Below are positions 17,763 to 28,807 of a stretch of DNA of 50,486 nt, one piece after another (the first letter of the stretch is position 1; each line of letters opens with the position of its first letter). The stretch lies in the NCBI GenBank assembly GCA_016840095.1, contig JAEOSZ010000127.1, positions 1 to 50,486 on the forward strand. The letters are read 5' to 3'. The notes beneath the pieces were generated by a model that saw only the letters and a program-made list of their open reading frames with translations, ran no database searches and had not been told where the DNA came from. Both the position numbers and the translations under genes were made by a program. The stretch is from Candidatus Heimdallarchaeota archaeon. GTDB lineage: Archaea > Asgardarchaeota > Heimdallarchaeia > Heimdallarchaeales > Heimdallarchaeaceae.

Positions 17763-18986
17763 ATGAGTAGTGCAGATTCTTTTATTGATAAACTCCAAGA
17801 CAAACAGCAGCAAAAAGGTTTACTTGCAGATCGTATTCGAACCAAGGAAATGGATGAAGATGTTATTCTAGACGTGGATAATTTAAGAAAATTCTTTGAC
17901 ATTCCAGTTCCTTTTGAAACTACATGGTTTATGATAGCTTTTGTTGGAGCAATTGTAGTATTCGCTTTCGAACAACTTATAGGACTTATTTTAGTAGGTG
18001 CAATTATTGTTCTTTATTTTGCTTTACCATATATTCCTCCATTTAATAAGAGACCAAAAGTAGCTCATCTAAAAGCAGTGGATGGAATTACTATCAAAAT
18101 TAAAAAAGGAAAGATTGTAGGTTTAGTAGGTGAATCTGGATGTGGAAAGAGTACCGCAGCAAAAACAATTATTCGATTGCATGAACCCACATCAGGTGCA
18201 GTATATTTCAAAGGAATTGACATCAATCGTCTTACATCTGATGAAATGAAGGAAATCAGAAGACATTTACAAATAGTCTTTCAAGATCCTTATGCTTCTT
18301 TAAATCCAAGAGCTACAGCTCATGATATCATTATTGAACCATTTGATATCCATGGAGTTGCTTCAGGAGATGAAGCAAGTTACAGAGTATTGACTCTGCT
18401 AAAAGATGTAGGGTTAGCACCTCATCATGCTTATCGTTATCCTCACGAATTCAGTGGAGGGCAAAGACAAAGATTAGGAATTGCAAGAGCATTAGCACTT
18501 GAACCAGATTTCATCGTAATGGACGAACCAGTTTCAAATCTCGATGTATCAGTTCGTGCAGCTATTATCCAACTTATACTGGAATTACAAAAGAAGATGG
18601 GTTTAACTTATCTCTTTATTGCTCATGATCTTTCTCTTGTTAAAATCCTCTGTGATGAAGTAAACGTCATGTATCTAGGTAGAATCATGGAAGCAGGAAC
18701 CAGTGATGAAATCTTTGAATCAATGATGCATCCTTATACAAAAGCATTAATCTCTGCAGTGCCAATTGCTGATCCAACCAAGCGTTCAAAGAAAATATTC
18801 CTTACTGGAGATATTCCAACTCCAATTAATCCTCCCCCAGGATGTAAATTCCAAACTCGATGTCCTCTAGTATCAGATGTATGTCGTGTTGAAGAACCAA
18901 TAGCCAGATGGTATAGTGAATCTCATGTTGCTTACTGTCACAATATTGAGGGAGGACACGAAAGCCCTGATTTCTTTAATCAGTAG
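17763..18986 (+). CDS. dppF: Peptide ABC ATP-binding protein DppF/OppF with inserted hydrophobic hairpin
   Basis: KAVDG, GESGCGKST, FQDPYASLNPR, FSGGQRQR, DEP, FIAHDL, HPYT; hydrophobic insert at about aa 55-90. Confidence 0.92.
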   Translation: MSSADSFIDKLQDKQQQKGLLADRIRTKEMDEDVILDVDNLRKFFDIPVPFETTWFMIAFVGAIVVFAFEQLIGLILVGAIIVLYFALPYIPPFNKRPKVAHLKAVDGITIKIKKGKIVGLVGESGCGKSTAAKTIIRLHEPTSGAVYFKGIDINRLTSDEMKEIRRHLQIVFQDPYASLNPRATAHDIIIEPFDIHGVASGDEASYRVLTLLKDVGLAPHHAYRYPHEFSGGQRQRLGIARALALEPDFIVMDEPVSNLDVSVRAAIIQLILELQKKMGLTYLFIAHDLSLVKILCDEVNVMYLGRIMEAGTSDEIFESMMHPYTKALISAVPIADPTKRSKKIFLTGDIPTPINPPPGCKFQTRCPLVSDVCRVEEPIARWYSESHVAYCHNIEGGHESPDFFNQ

Positions 18987-19104
18987 TGCTTTTATTTCTC
19001 TCTTTTTTTCTCTTTTACCGTTTAGACTTTAACAAGGTTTATTTACCTAATTTATGGTGTATTATTTGTGATTATTTCCCAATTTAAAAACATGAGGAGA
19101 TACA

Positions 19105-19857
19105 ATGAGTAGAGTAAATCTAGAGTCAGCTCAGAATAATATTGAACGGTTAGCCTCCAATATAGAAGAATTATTACAGGTTTTAACAAGTAAAAAAACT
19201 GAGATTGATACTAAAATTAGAGAATTTGCTGAAGAACTTTCTTCCTTTTTCAAAGAGGTTGCTGATATTAACCAATCTATAAACTCTGGTGAAGAGACAA
19301 AAACTCAAAGTTCCAGTCATTTAGATCAATTAAGTAATGAACTTCAAGAGATAACATATAGAAAGGATGTTCTCCAATCTGAGATAACAAGTAAACAGAG
19401 AGACATTGAACAATTATCAGGACTTATTTTGGAAAGAGAAAAAATAAGCACAGAAGCTAGCCTTCAAGTCGATTCTTTAAATGAAAGAATATCGGAATTG
19501 AGACGTAAAATTGAAGAATTTGATGTACTAACAGATGCATTAAATGAAGAAACAAAGGAACATACAAGAGCTAGAGAAATAAAACTCGCTGAACTGGATA
19601 ACAATTACAATAGAACATTATCTCGTTCTAAATCTTTACAATATTTGGTGAAAAAGGATATTGTAACTTTACCAGAAATTCAAGTGTTGCGCAGTTTGAA
19701 CACCCCTGGTGTTGATAGTGCTGAAAACCTAAAGAAGACTTCTGGGGTATCTGATGATATAATTCGCAAAATATTACAAGATTTAGCCCGTAGAGAAATC
19801 ATTCAGTATGATCCAACTTCTGGAAGATTCCAGATTTTAACTAATATAGATATTTAG
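19105..19857 (+). CDS. Coiled-coil protein with C-terminal winged helix
   Basis: About 180 aa of heptads, then PEIQVLRSL...AENLKKTSGVSDDIIRKILQDLARREIIQYD...FQI (wHTH pattern). Confidence 0.8.
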   Translation: MSRVNLESAQNNIERLASNIEELLQVLTSKKTEIDTKIREFAEELSSFFKEVADINQSINSGEETKTQSSSHLDQLSNELQEITYRKDVLQSEITSKQRDIEQLSGLILEREKISTEASLQVDSLNERISELRRKIEEFDVLTDALNEETKEHTRAREIKLAELDNNYNRTLSRSKSLQYLVKKDIVTLPEIQVLRSLNTPGVDSAENLKKTSGVSDDIIRKILQDLARREIIQYDPTSGRFQILTNIDI

Positions 19858-20619
19858 GTGATGATTATGTCAGAAGAAAAATTACAGAACTTGTTAGAAG
19901 AAATCAAGAGGGATATAGAAGAAGTTTCTACCAGAATATCAGCAACTGTCCAAAACTCTAACATGACAATTGATTCTACAAAGGAAGATGTTAGAGTTAT
20001 ACCTGAGTACATTGATTCACTTAAAGGTTCTTTACAAGGTTTACTAGATAATAATAAGCAGCTGGAAGAAAAGGATCAACATACCCAACAATCAATAGAG
20101 ACTGTTAAAACAGAAATTGAAATCAACGAAGTTAAAAAAAGCGAGTTAGAAACAACTGAAAGGACTAAACGAGAACATAAAGAAGAGCTCGAACGTAAAA
20201 TCCTTGATTTTCAACAAAAGAATGCTCAGCTAGAATCAGAATTCAATCAACTTACTTCTGATGTAAAAAGTAAGGAACTAGTGTACAATCAGCTTCAAGT
20301 TCAATCAAAAGAAACTCTAAATGATTTGGATGTCAAAATAAACGAAGCAAGTTCAAGATTGGCTAACGTTGAAAATGAGAATAAGCTTATTGTATATTTA
20401 ATGGATGCAGGTTTAATGGATGTCCCAGAAGCAGAAGTAGTTGCGACAATTGCATCTAATCCTGAAGGACTAAGAATAGCTGATATCAAAGAAAAAGTGA
20501 ATATGCCGCCAGTAAGAGTTCAACCAACCATAAACAATCTGTTAGAAACAGTTATTGAATATGATGCCCTGAATGATTCTTACAAAATCATAGACACAAT
20601 AAAGAAAGATTTAGTATGA
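19858..20619 (+). CDS. Coiled-coil protein with C-terminal winged helix (paralogue of upstream gene)
   Basis: Same architecture: PEAEVVATI...LRIADIKEKVNMPPVRVQPTINNLL..VIEYD...YKI. Confidence 0.8.
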   Translation: MMIMSEEKLQNLLEEIKRDIEEVSTRISATVQNSNMTIDSTKEDVRVIPEYIDSLKGSLQGLLDNNKQLEEKDQHTQQSIETVKTEIEINEVKKSELETTERTKREHKEELERKILDFQQKNAQLESEFNQLTSDVKSKELVYNQLQVQSKETLNDLDVKINEASSRLANVENENKLIVYLMDAGLMDVPEAEVVATIASNPEGLRIADIKEKVNMPPVRVQPTINNLLETVIEYDALNDSYKIIDTIKKDLV

Positions 20620-20770
20620 TTAGTTTCTACTAATTCAATCTATTTTTTTCATTTTTTAAACGCATGAAACTATTCCAGATGACTTTCTCATGTATTTTTA
20701 GAATGTTGAGATACATAATTTTACCGTGATATCACAATGGTTTTAAATTAACTTTAAATTGGCAGTTTAA

Positions 20771-22144
<1,374 letters not shown>

Positions 22145-22156
22145 AAAAAATTACAA

Positions 22157-22177
22157 TTCGATGGATTTTCCATCGAA
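22157..22177. terminator. Hairpin between convergent genes (putative bidirectional terminator)
   Basis: TTCGATGGA-TTT-TCCATCGAA, a perfect 9-bp stem with an A-tract on the left and a T-tract on the right. Confidence 0.65.
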
Positions 22178-22185
22178 GATTTTTC

Positions 22186-25152
22186 TTATTTTTCTGGTTT
22201 TAATATCATTCCTTCTCGTTTTTGAGCATCTATTCTCACTGTTAATGGATTTTTTAATTCAACATGCCTAACATATTCCAAATCTGTTTTAGCTTTCTGT
22301 TTGTTTATCCAATCCCAATCTATTTTGTGTTGTTCAGATTTATGCTTGATATGAAAATACCCTATATTTGCTGTTACTATATTATGAAAGAAATGTGTCC
22401 CTTGAGAAAAATCAATTGTAAAATCTTCTAGCGAAGTTTCAATTATTGTTTTTGCAGCATTGATATTGCTCCATTTAGCTGGAATACCTAGGAATCTATC
22501 AGCGGTCCCCCATCTTCCAAAACCAATTAATAAGTAAGGTCGTTTCAGTTTATTTAATTGAGCGTTAATTGAATCAATTTCATCTACTATTTCGAGAGTT
22601 TTAGTTTTATCAAATTTCTCTGCTTTAACGAATACAATATCTTTGATATCTTTTCTCAGTAGATTCCCTGAAACATGAGATGAAAAAGCTAAAATCTGAT
22701 TAACATCTACAACCTCAAAATCTTCAATTAAAAGTGCTTCTTGTTGTAGAAATGGTCGAATTTGTAGGATATCAAATTGATCCTTCTCATTCTTTGATAC
22801 CCCAAAACTACCAGCAAACTCAATCTCTATCGATGACCCCAAAGCTCTTTCTCCAATGGTCAAAATCCTTGTTAACAATCTAGCTAGAGGTGTTGTTTCA
22901 AATTTCAATTGCTGACTGAAAGTTATTACTGGTGATCCTTCACCAAAAAAACCATCCTCTAAATTCTCTGAATCAAAGTTATACCTATCTGCTATTTTGG
23001 TGAGTGTTCCCTCTTTTATCGCATCTCCAAGATCGAGTCTTTTGATATATGGATCGTCATCGAGAATATCGAAATCAGTCTTTGTTAGGTCAACCCCATA
23101 ATAGTGTTTCTGACTTTGCTTTAACAGCATATCAGGTGTAGAATAATAGTTTAATTTAGGATATTTTGGACAGAATCGTACTGAAGATTCACCTTCAACA
23201 ATTGTTTTACCTAGACCTAAAGCTAGATGTGCTATTCTATCTTCAGGTTTCATATAATCACCAAAGGGATAATAGTTATAAGATGCTGCAGTTCCTGAGA
23301 AATCTGGATAGTGATGATTGTTTCTTTCTTTACCTACCACCTTCTGAATCACGACAGCCATTTTTGATTCTTCTACGGTTTGTTGTATAGTTTCTGCATA
23401 TGATTTCGCAAGTTTCAGAAACTGAGATGCATAGACTAGTTTAATAGCTGTGCATAACTGTTCGAGTCTTTCTTTCTTATTTTCATGATTATTTGGAATC
23501 ATATATGTATCGAATATTCCAGCAAATGGTTGATACGCTGAATCCTCAAGGAGACTGGATGATCGAATCGCTAATGGTCCATCGAGGTCCTTTAGAAGAA
23601 AATCCAAATCATTTCGTAAACTTTTAGAGAGTTTTGCAGCATCAAACTTTCTCTTTATTTCTTTATCAGAGACATCAGATAGAGCAAACTCATAGAGATT
23701 ATTCTCTTCCATAAATTTATCATATTCATCTGTACCAATTACAATGGTCTTTGGAATTTCTATATTCACGTTCGGGAACTCATCTTTTATCATGAAAGAG
23801 TTAAGAAGGAACATTAGAAATGCAATTCCTCTCCCTTTACCACCTAGTGAACCAGGTCGTAATCTGAGATATAGTGTTTCAGGATGATAGTTGTCACGCG
23901 AGAAATCATTAATTATACCTCGTGTTTTTTCTATAACAATATCATCAATAGTTCTAATTAAGAAGTCTTTAAGCTCAGTTTGTGTAAATTCAGAAACTTT
24001 TCTTGGTTTTAACTTCTCTGCAATATCAAACTCTCCTCTTGCATGTAACCAATTGGAAAAATGGTCACTCTTTCCATGATAGACTAGTGATTCTAAAGGA
24101 ACTTCAGAAAGCTGTTTGTAGAAAGTGATAACATCAGTAGCATGACCGTAAATATTCCCATCTTGGTCTTTAAATATGAAGTCTCCGAAACCCACAAATT
24201 CTAGAAGCCACTTCTTAAGATCCCATATCATCCCATGAGATCGTTTGTGTATGAAGAAACAGTCCATTTCTTCTGCTTGTTCTCTGTAGAAGTCTTTACT
24301 TGATTGTAAGACTATAGGTAGGTTAGGATGTTCTTGTTTGACTTGTTCAGCAAAAAGAAATCCAGCATTTTTATTTAGAACTCCATCTAAAGGAAATTCT
24401 ACATCCGAGATTACTCCCATTACAAAATCTTTGTAGCGTTCATAATATGCAACGGCTTCTTCATATGTTTCAGCAAGAAGGATTTTAGGTCTTATTCGCA
24501 TTTTAAGAAGATCCTGAAAATCATTTGTACCTTCTGAGATTAACCGATGAGTTTGTCTCATTATTTCTCCATAAACTTCTGGGAGCATTAAAGAGTAAAA
24601 TCTAATTGAATCATCAACAAAAATGAAAACTCTTACATTGCCTTTATTAGTGTCATAATCTGCATTAAATTTGTCCTCAAGATGTTTAATAATCGCTATG
24701 AAAATCTTGCTGTCGCCATTCCAAACAAAAACTCTGTCTATTCCTTTTCGTTTACTATATTCTGGAAGATATTTGATTTCAACGACACTGTTCAACAACA
24801 ATATTACTGGAATATCTTGTATATCCTTAACATTAGCTCCAAAAGAAAATGCATCCATATCCCCTAATCTTCTCATAGTAATAACTAAATCAAACTCTTT
24901 TTCTTCTAGCATATCTAGTGCTTCATTAGCAGAAGAAACTCTAGTTATTCTTGGTAGAGTTCTAAGATTTAGGTTATGAAACTCTTCATATATTTGATCA
25001 GATAATCTTCCATCTTCTTCTAGCATGAAGCTATCATAGATACTAGAAACAAGAAGAACATTTCTCATCCTTCTATTCATAAGCTCATGAAAGATTTTGT
25101 ATTTTGGTTTATATTCAAGAAAGAATCTAACTGCATCTTGATCTGTAGTCAA
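22186..25152 (-). CDS. Receiver-like domains fused to a PEP-synthase/PPDK-type ATP-grasp domain and putative His-swivel domain
   Basis: REC-like FVDDS...VISDVEFP; ATP-grasp GSLGGKGRG, AIRSSSLLEDS, FAG, MAVVIQ, IEIEFA, ILQIRP; C-terminal GRWG...SQGTHFFHN; no room for a pyruvate-binding TIM barrel. Confidence 0.85.
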   Translation of the reverse strand: MTTDQDAVRFFLEYKPKYKIFHELMNRRMRNVLLVSSIYDSFMLEEDGRLSDQIYEEFHNLNLRTLPRITRVSSANEALDMLEEKEFDLVITMRRLGDMDAFSFGANVKDIQDIPVILLLNSVVEIKYLPEYSKRKGIDRVFVWNGDSKIFIAIIKHLEDKFNADYDTNKGNVRVFIFVDDSIRFYSLMLPEVYGEIMRQTHRLISEGTNDFQDLLKMRIRPKILLAETYEEAVAYYERYKDFVMGVISDVEFPLDGVLNKNAGFLFAEQVKQEHPNLPIVLQSSKDFYREQAEEMDCFFIHKRSHGMIWDLKKWLLEFVGFGDFIFKDQDGNIYGHATDVITFYKQLSEVPLESLVYHGKSDHFSNWLHARGEFDIAEKLKPRKVSEFTQTELKDFLIRTIDDIVIEKTRGIINDFSRDNYHPETLYLRLRPGSLGGKGRGIAFLMFLLNSFMIKDEFPNVNIEIPKTIVIGTDEYDKFMEENNLYEFALSDVSDKEIKRKFDAAKLSKSLRNDLDFLLKDLDGPLAIRSSSLLEDSAYQPFAGIFDTYMIPNNHENKKERLEQLCTAIKLVYASQFLKLAKSYAETIQQTVEESKMAVVIQKVVGKERNNHHYPDFSGTAASYNYYPFGDYMKPEDRIAHLALGLGKTIVEGESSVRFCPKYPKLNYYSTPDMLLKQSQKHYYGVDLTKTDFDILDDDPYIKRLDLGDAIKEGTLTKIADRYNFDSENLEDGFFGEGSPVITFSQQLKFETTPLARLLTRILTIGERALGSSIEIEFAGSFGVSKNEKDQFDILQIRPFLQQEALLIEDFEVVDVNQILAFSSHVSGNLLRKDIKDIVFVKAEKFDKTKTLEIVDEIDSINAQLNKLKRPYLLIGFGRWGTADRFLGIPAKWSNINAAKTIIETSLEDFTIDFSQGTHFFHNIVTANIGYFHIKHKSEQHKIDWDWINKQKAKTDLEYVRHVELKNPLTVRIDAQKREGMILKPEK

Positions 25153-25231
25153 TTAATCACTTCCAGAGAATGTATCATAGACAGATAGATATTACGTAAT
25201 ATGACATTTAAATTTGTTGAAGTTCATTATT

Positions 25232-25261
25232 AAGAAAAAGAAAGGAGTGAGTTTCCTCACT
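25232..25261 (-). terminator. GNRA-loop hairpin plus U-rich tract after the MFS gene
   Basis: Minus strand AGTGAG-GAAA-CTCACT-CCTTTCTTTTTCTT, overlapping the stop codon. Confidence 0.55.
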
Positions 25262-26600
25262 TTGCTGGAGTTTCATCTGATTCAACACCAGTTGTGCTGA
25301 TGAATAAAGTACATATTAATGCGAGTACAAAGAATCCTACAGCATATAAGAAAACATACTTCACACCAATAACATCTTTTAGTGCCCCAAATACAAAAGG
25401 AGACACAATAGCTGCTGTAGCTGAGAAGAAGTAATATAGACCTGTATATGTTCCAAGCCTTGCAGGACCTGCAATTTCCCAAACTACAACTATGCTATTG
25501 ACATTTACGAATGCCCAAAACATTCCACCAAAGAAGAGAAGCAAACCATCAATGATAATTTCCCATGTCCAATTAAATGGTAGGAATGTAACAAGAGTTC
25601 TTAATCCAGGAATTGATACAAAAGAGAATATCACCAATGGAATCATAACTGAAATCAAACCAATAAGACCAATCATCATTGTCCTTTTTCTACCAATCTT
25701 CTTCGCAATTATACCTGCTGGAATAGCAAACAGAATAAACGTCAGTGAGTATATCCCCAAAAGCATACTCGCACTCCCAGCTTTCATGTTCAACAAAGAA
25801 CTATCCGTTGCATAAGTACTAAACCATGTTTCTATTGCATTAAATGCGAAGAACCACATTAAGATAGCAAATAGAATTGCTAAAAGACTTCTATCCTTGT
25901 CTACAAACATTTGTTTGATCGATTTAAAGAGACTAACTTTCTCTTTAGGTTCAACATCAACTCTTTCTTTGGTTTCTCTTATATTAAAGATCAAAGCAAC
26001 TAGACAGAGTAATATCAAAACTGAGACTATTACAAATGCAAGTATTGGACTGATATCATAGATTGCTCCCATTGCCATTAAACCAATAAGTGCACCTACT
26101 CCTCCTAAAAGATTAATTACAGCATTTCCTCTACTTCGATATTCCTTAGCAACTAGATCGGGCATTAAAGCAACAACAGGAGCTCTATATAATGCCATTG
26201 CAATATTAAACCCGCCTAAAATTACAAGAATCAATATAAGTGAATCACTCACAACGGGTAACAGTCCAAATAACACTGCTGCTATTGGAATTCCAATCAT
26301 TATGAAAGGCATTCGACGTCCCCATTTAGTCCAAATATTGTCAGAGAAATTGCCAATCCATGGTTGAAGAGTAATAGCAACTATATTGTCTAAAACCATA
26401 ATCAACCCTACAATAAGTCCTACTCTGTTTAGGTGACCCAATAATTCTCCTAAGTAAAGAGGCATATAGACATTATACATAGACCATGTAATAGCTGTTG
26501 TGAAAAAACCAAGACCAATTACAGCCGTGTAAAGATAAGAAAATCCTTCTCGGTTTTTTGCTTTAAAAAAATTGTCTCTAATTTTTCCAAAATAAGACAT
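25257..26600 (-). CDS. MFS transporter, GPH/SLC45 (maltose/sucrose permease-like)
   Basis: About 12 TMs; QPWIGNFSD..WTKWGRRMPF, ALMPD, KKIGRKR, GTYTGLYY. Start probably ATG 26600. Confidence 0.88.
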   Translation of the reverse strand: MSYFGKIRDNFFKAKNREGFSYLYTAVIGLGFFTTAITWSMYNVYMPLYLGELLGHLNRVGLIVGLIMVLDNIVAITLQPWIGNFSDNIWTKWGRRMPFIMIGIPIAAVLFGLLPVVSDSLILILVILGGFNIAMALYRAPVVALMPDLVAKEYRSRGNAVINLLGGVGALIGLMAMGAIYDISPILAFVIVSVLILLCLVALIFNIRETKERVDVEPKEKVSLFKSIKQMFVDKDRSLLAILFAILMWFFAFNAIETWFSTYATDSSLLNMKAGSASMLLGIYSLTFILFAIPAGIIAKKIGRKRTMMIGLIGLISVMIPLVIFSFVSIPGLRTLVTFLPFNWTWEIIIDGLLLFFGGMFWAFVNVNSIVVVWEIAGPARLGTYTGLYYFFSATAAIVSPFVFGALKDVIGVKYVFLYAVGFFVLALICTLFISTTGVESDETPAK

Positions 26601-26865
26601 AATCCAGATAAAAATACCAGATTTATATATTTTTCCAAGAAGAATCATCAGAAAAACTAAATAAAGCTTTTCCTTGAAATTTATATGGAAAAAATCTACT
26701 AAATTCTTTCACAAGCTAAACACTGTAGAAACCTAGTTTCGAACATCTTCGTTTTTTCATTCTAATCATTGGAAATAAGTAAAAATATTTTTATTACCAT
26801 AGTTATTTGTTTATTTACAGTAGTAGAATATACTAGTATTACTGGAAGGTAGAAAAAACCAAAGT

Positions 26866-27525
26866 GTGATGACAATGGTTCCTGATAATCGAGGAAATGA
26901 CACAATACTTGATGAAGATCTTCAAGATATGTTAAGTACTGTACCATTAACTGAAAGAGACGCATTAATCATCGCAATGTATGAAGATGGTCTTTCTACT
27001 TATGAAATTGCCCAAGAGCTTGAAATGAATAGACATACAATATCCAAGGTTCTTAAAGAAAACAGAATCGAAACTCGTACTATTGCAGATTACCATAAAT
27101 TGAAACATAGTGACATTGAGGAGCTCTTCAATAAAGGAAAAACAAAGCACGAAATTGCTAAAGAGCTTGGACTCACCTATTATACAGTTAGAAAAGTTCT
27201 AGAAGATAGAGGACTTATTCTGAATAAAAAGGATAGAGAAACTGTTTCTATTGCAAGATATATCCAGATGAAAAACAAAGGGTATGACAATGAGTATATT
27301 GCTATATTCTTAGACATCTCAGAAAAACAATTAAACAAATTGATCAGAAACTCTGGTGTGAATGTTTCAACTGTGAGATGCAAAACAAAAAACATTGAAG
27401 GTTTACCTGAAGTAATTCTTCAAAAACTCAAAGGCTCAACCAATAGAGAAATATCTCTAAGGTATAAAATCGAACTTATTTTAGTAAGAGAAATTCTTTA
27501 TGAATTTGGGTTAAGTAAGAAATAA
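26866..27525 (+). CDS. Protein with four tandem helix-turn-helix repeats
   Basis: Four ~45-aa units such as YEDGLSTYEIAQELEMNRHTISKVL and FNKGKTKHEIAKELGLTYYTVRKVL. Confidence 0.78.
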   Translation: MMTMVPDNRGNDTILDEDLQDMLSTVPLTERDALIIAMYEDGLSTYEIAQELEMNRHTISKVLKENRIETRTIADYHKLKHSDIEELFNKGKTKHEIAKELGLTYYTVRKVLEDRGLILNKKDRETVSIARYIQMKNKGYDNEYIAIFLDISEKQLNKLIRNSGVNVSTVRCKTKNIEGLPEVILQKLKGSTNREISLRYKIELILVREILYEFGLSKK

Positions 27526-27636
27526 TTCTATTGTTTTGGAAACACATTTCTGTTTTTAGATAGGATTCGACTTGTTAAATTTTTTATATGGCGCATGTTC
27601 ATCTCGAAAAGAAGTAACTTCATTTTGTGATGGTCA

Positions 27637-28530
27637 ATGTGTGATCACTGTCTAGAACACGGAACTGCTGGAAAATGGTATCTTAATGCAAGAAATTACA
27701 CCACTGAAGTATTAGAAGATATAAACAAAGATGAAGATTTTCTAAAAGAATTCTTACTTGAACAATACAAAACCTTTGAAGCAATGCAAGTAAGGAAATT
27801 AGCAGGTTTCAGTGCTGTAGGTTTAGGTTACAAGATTAAACTTCCAATTGTTGGGAGAATTACGAAACATTTTGCTGAGAAAATGTTACATTCAAAAAAC
27901 TCTAAATTCAACCCCTTTCAAGCTGAAGGTCATATAGGTCAAGTTGTTCCACTTGATGATGCTATCTCGATTTTAGAAAATTGTGTAGATGAAAATACGA
28001 TCATAATGAAATATTGTATGTGCAGATTCCAATCAAGAGCTGAAAAGGAAGCTTGTTGTATAAATTTTGGAGTAATGAGTGACATTATAGATAAATTACC
28101 TCGTTTTATTCCAGAACCTGAAGACAGTAAATATAGATTGACCAAAGAAGAAGCAATTGAAAAGTTTACAGAGTTCAATAAGAAAGGATATATTGGAACT
28201 ATATGGTATGGTGCTTTTCCTTACATTAATAATCTATGCGCTTGTAAAACACCAGAATGTGCAGGATTTCGTCCTCGATTAGATTTTGGAATTAATTCTA
28301 TCTTCAAGGGGGAGTATTTAGTGGAAAACAATCCAGACAATTGTCAAGGATGTAAGAGATGTATTGCTATGTGCCAATTTGGTGCTATTGGGTTTAATGA
28401 AACAACAAAATGTGCAGAAATTGATCAATCTAAGTGTTTTGGTTGTGGAGTATGTCTTCATGCATGTAGATTTGATGCTCTAAATATAATTGATAGACAA
28501 GTCATCCCAGCTTTAGCTGGAAAATACTAG
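27637..28530 (+). CDS. Cys-rich 4Fe-4S dicluster protein
   Basis: CQGCKRCIAMC and CFGCGVCLHAC plus MCDHC, CMCR and CACKTPEC. Confidence 0.85.
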   Translation: MCDHCLEHGTAGKWYLNARNYTTEVLEDINKDEDFLKEFLLEQYKTFEAMQVRKLAGFSAVGLGYKIKLPIVGRITKHFAEKMLHSKNSKFNPFQAEGHIGQVVPLDDAISILENCVDENTIIMKYCMCRFQSRAEKEACCINFGVMSDIIDKLPRFIPEPEDSKYRLTKEEAIEKFTEFNKKGYIGTIWYGAFPYINNLCACKTPECAGFRPRLDFGINSIFKGEYLVENNPDNCQGCKRCIAMCQFGAIGFNETTKCAEIDQSKCFGCGVCLHACRFDALNIIDRQVIPALAGKY

Positions 28531-28797
28531 GTGATTGTTCTGAGTAAAACCAAAATTAAGATCGATTATTCCATTTGTGGAGATGGAAACAAAATTGATC
28601 CAAGGGAATGTGCAATTTGTATGAAGGTCTGTGAACCAGCTCTTTTCTTATTGCATCAAAGTTTAGAGAAATTTGAAAATGACAATCAGTATGATCCACA
28701 GATTTGGAGAATAACTCCTTTGTATCCATCTCTCTGCACTCATTGTATGAAATGTGTTGAAGGATGCCCAGAAAAGGTAATTACAGTTACATGGTAA
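28531..28797 (+). CDS. Small ferredoxin-like protein
   Basis: C-x9-CAICMKVC and CTHCMKCVEGCP; abuts the upstream stop with a GGTGAT SD. Confidence 0.82.
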   Translation: MIVLSKTKIKIDYSICGDGNKIDPRECAICMKVCEPALFLLHQSLEKFENDNQYDPQIWRITPLYPSLCTHCMKCVEGCPEKVITVTW

Positions 28798-28807
28798 GTG
28801 TGAAAAG

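Noticed and set aside
19105-20619. SMC/Rad50 or ESCRT-III/CdvB identity for the coiled-coil pair
   Set aside because: There are no Walker motifs, hinge or zinc hook, and no recognisable Snf7 helical-hairpin pattern.
22186-25152. Annotation as phosphoenolpyruvate synthase (ppsA)
   Set aside because: There is no C-terminal PEP/pyruvate-binding TIM barrel and no canonical TSHAAI phospho-His motif.
26866-27525. Transposase or insertion sequence
   Set aside because: It has only HTH repeats; I saw no DDE, HUH or serine-recombinase domain and no terminal inverted repeats.
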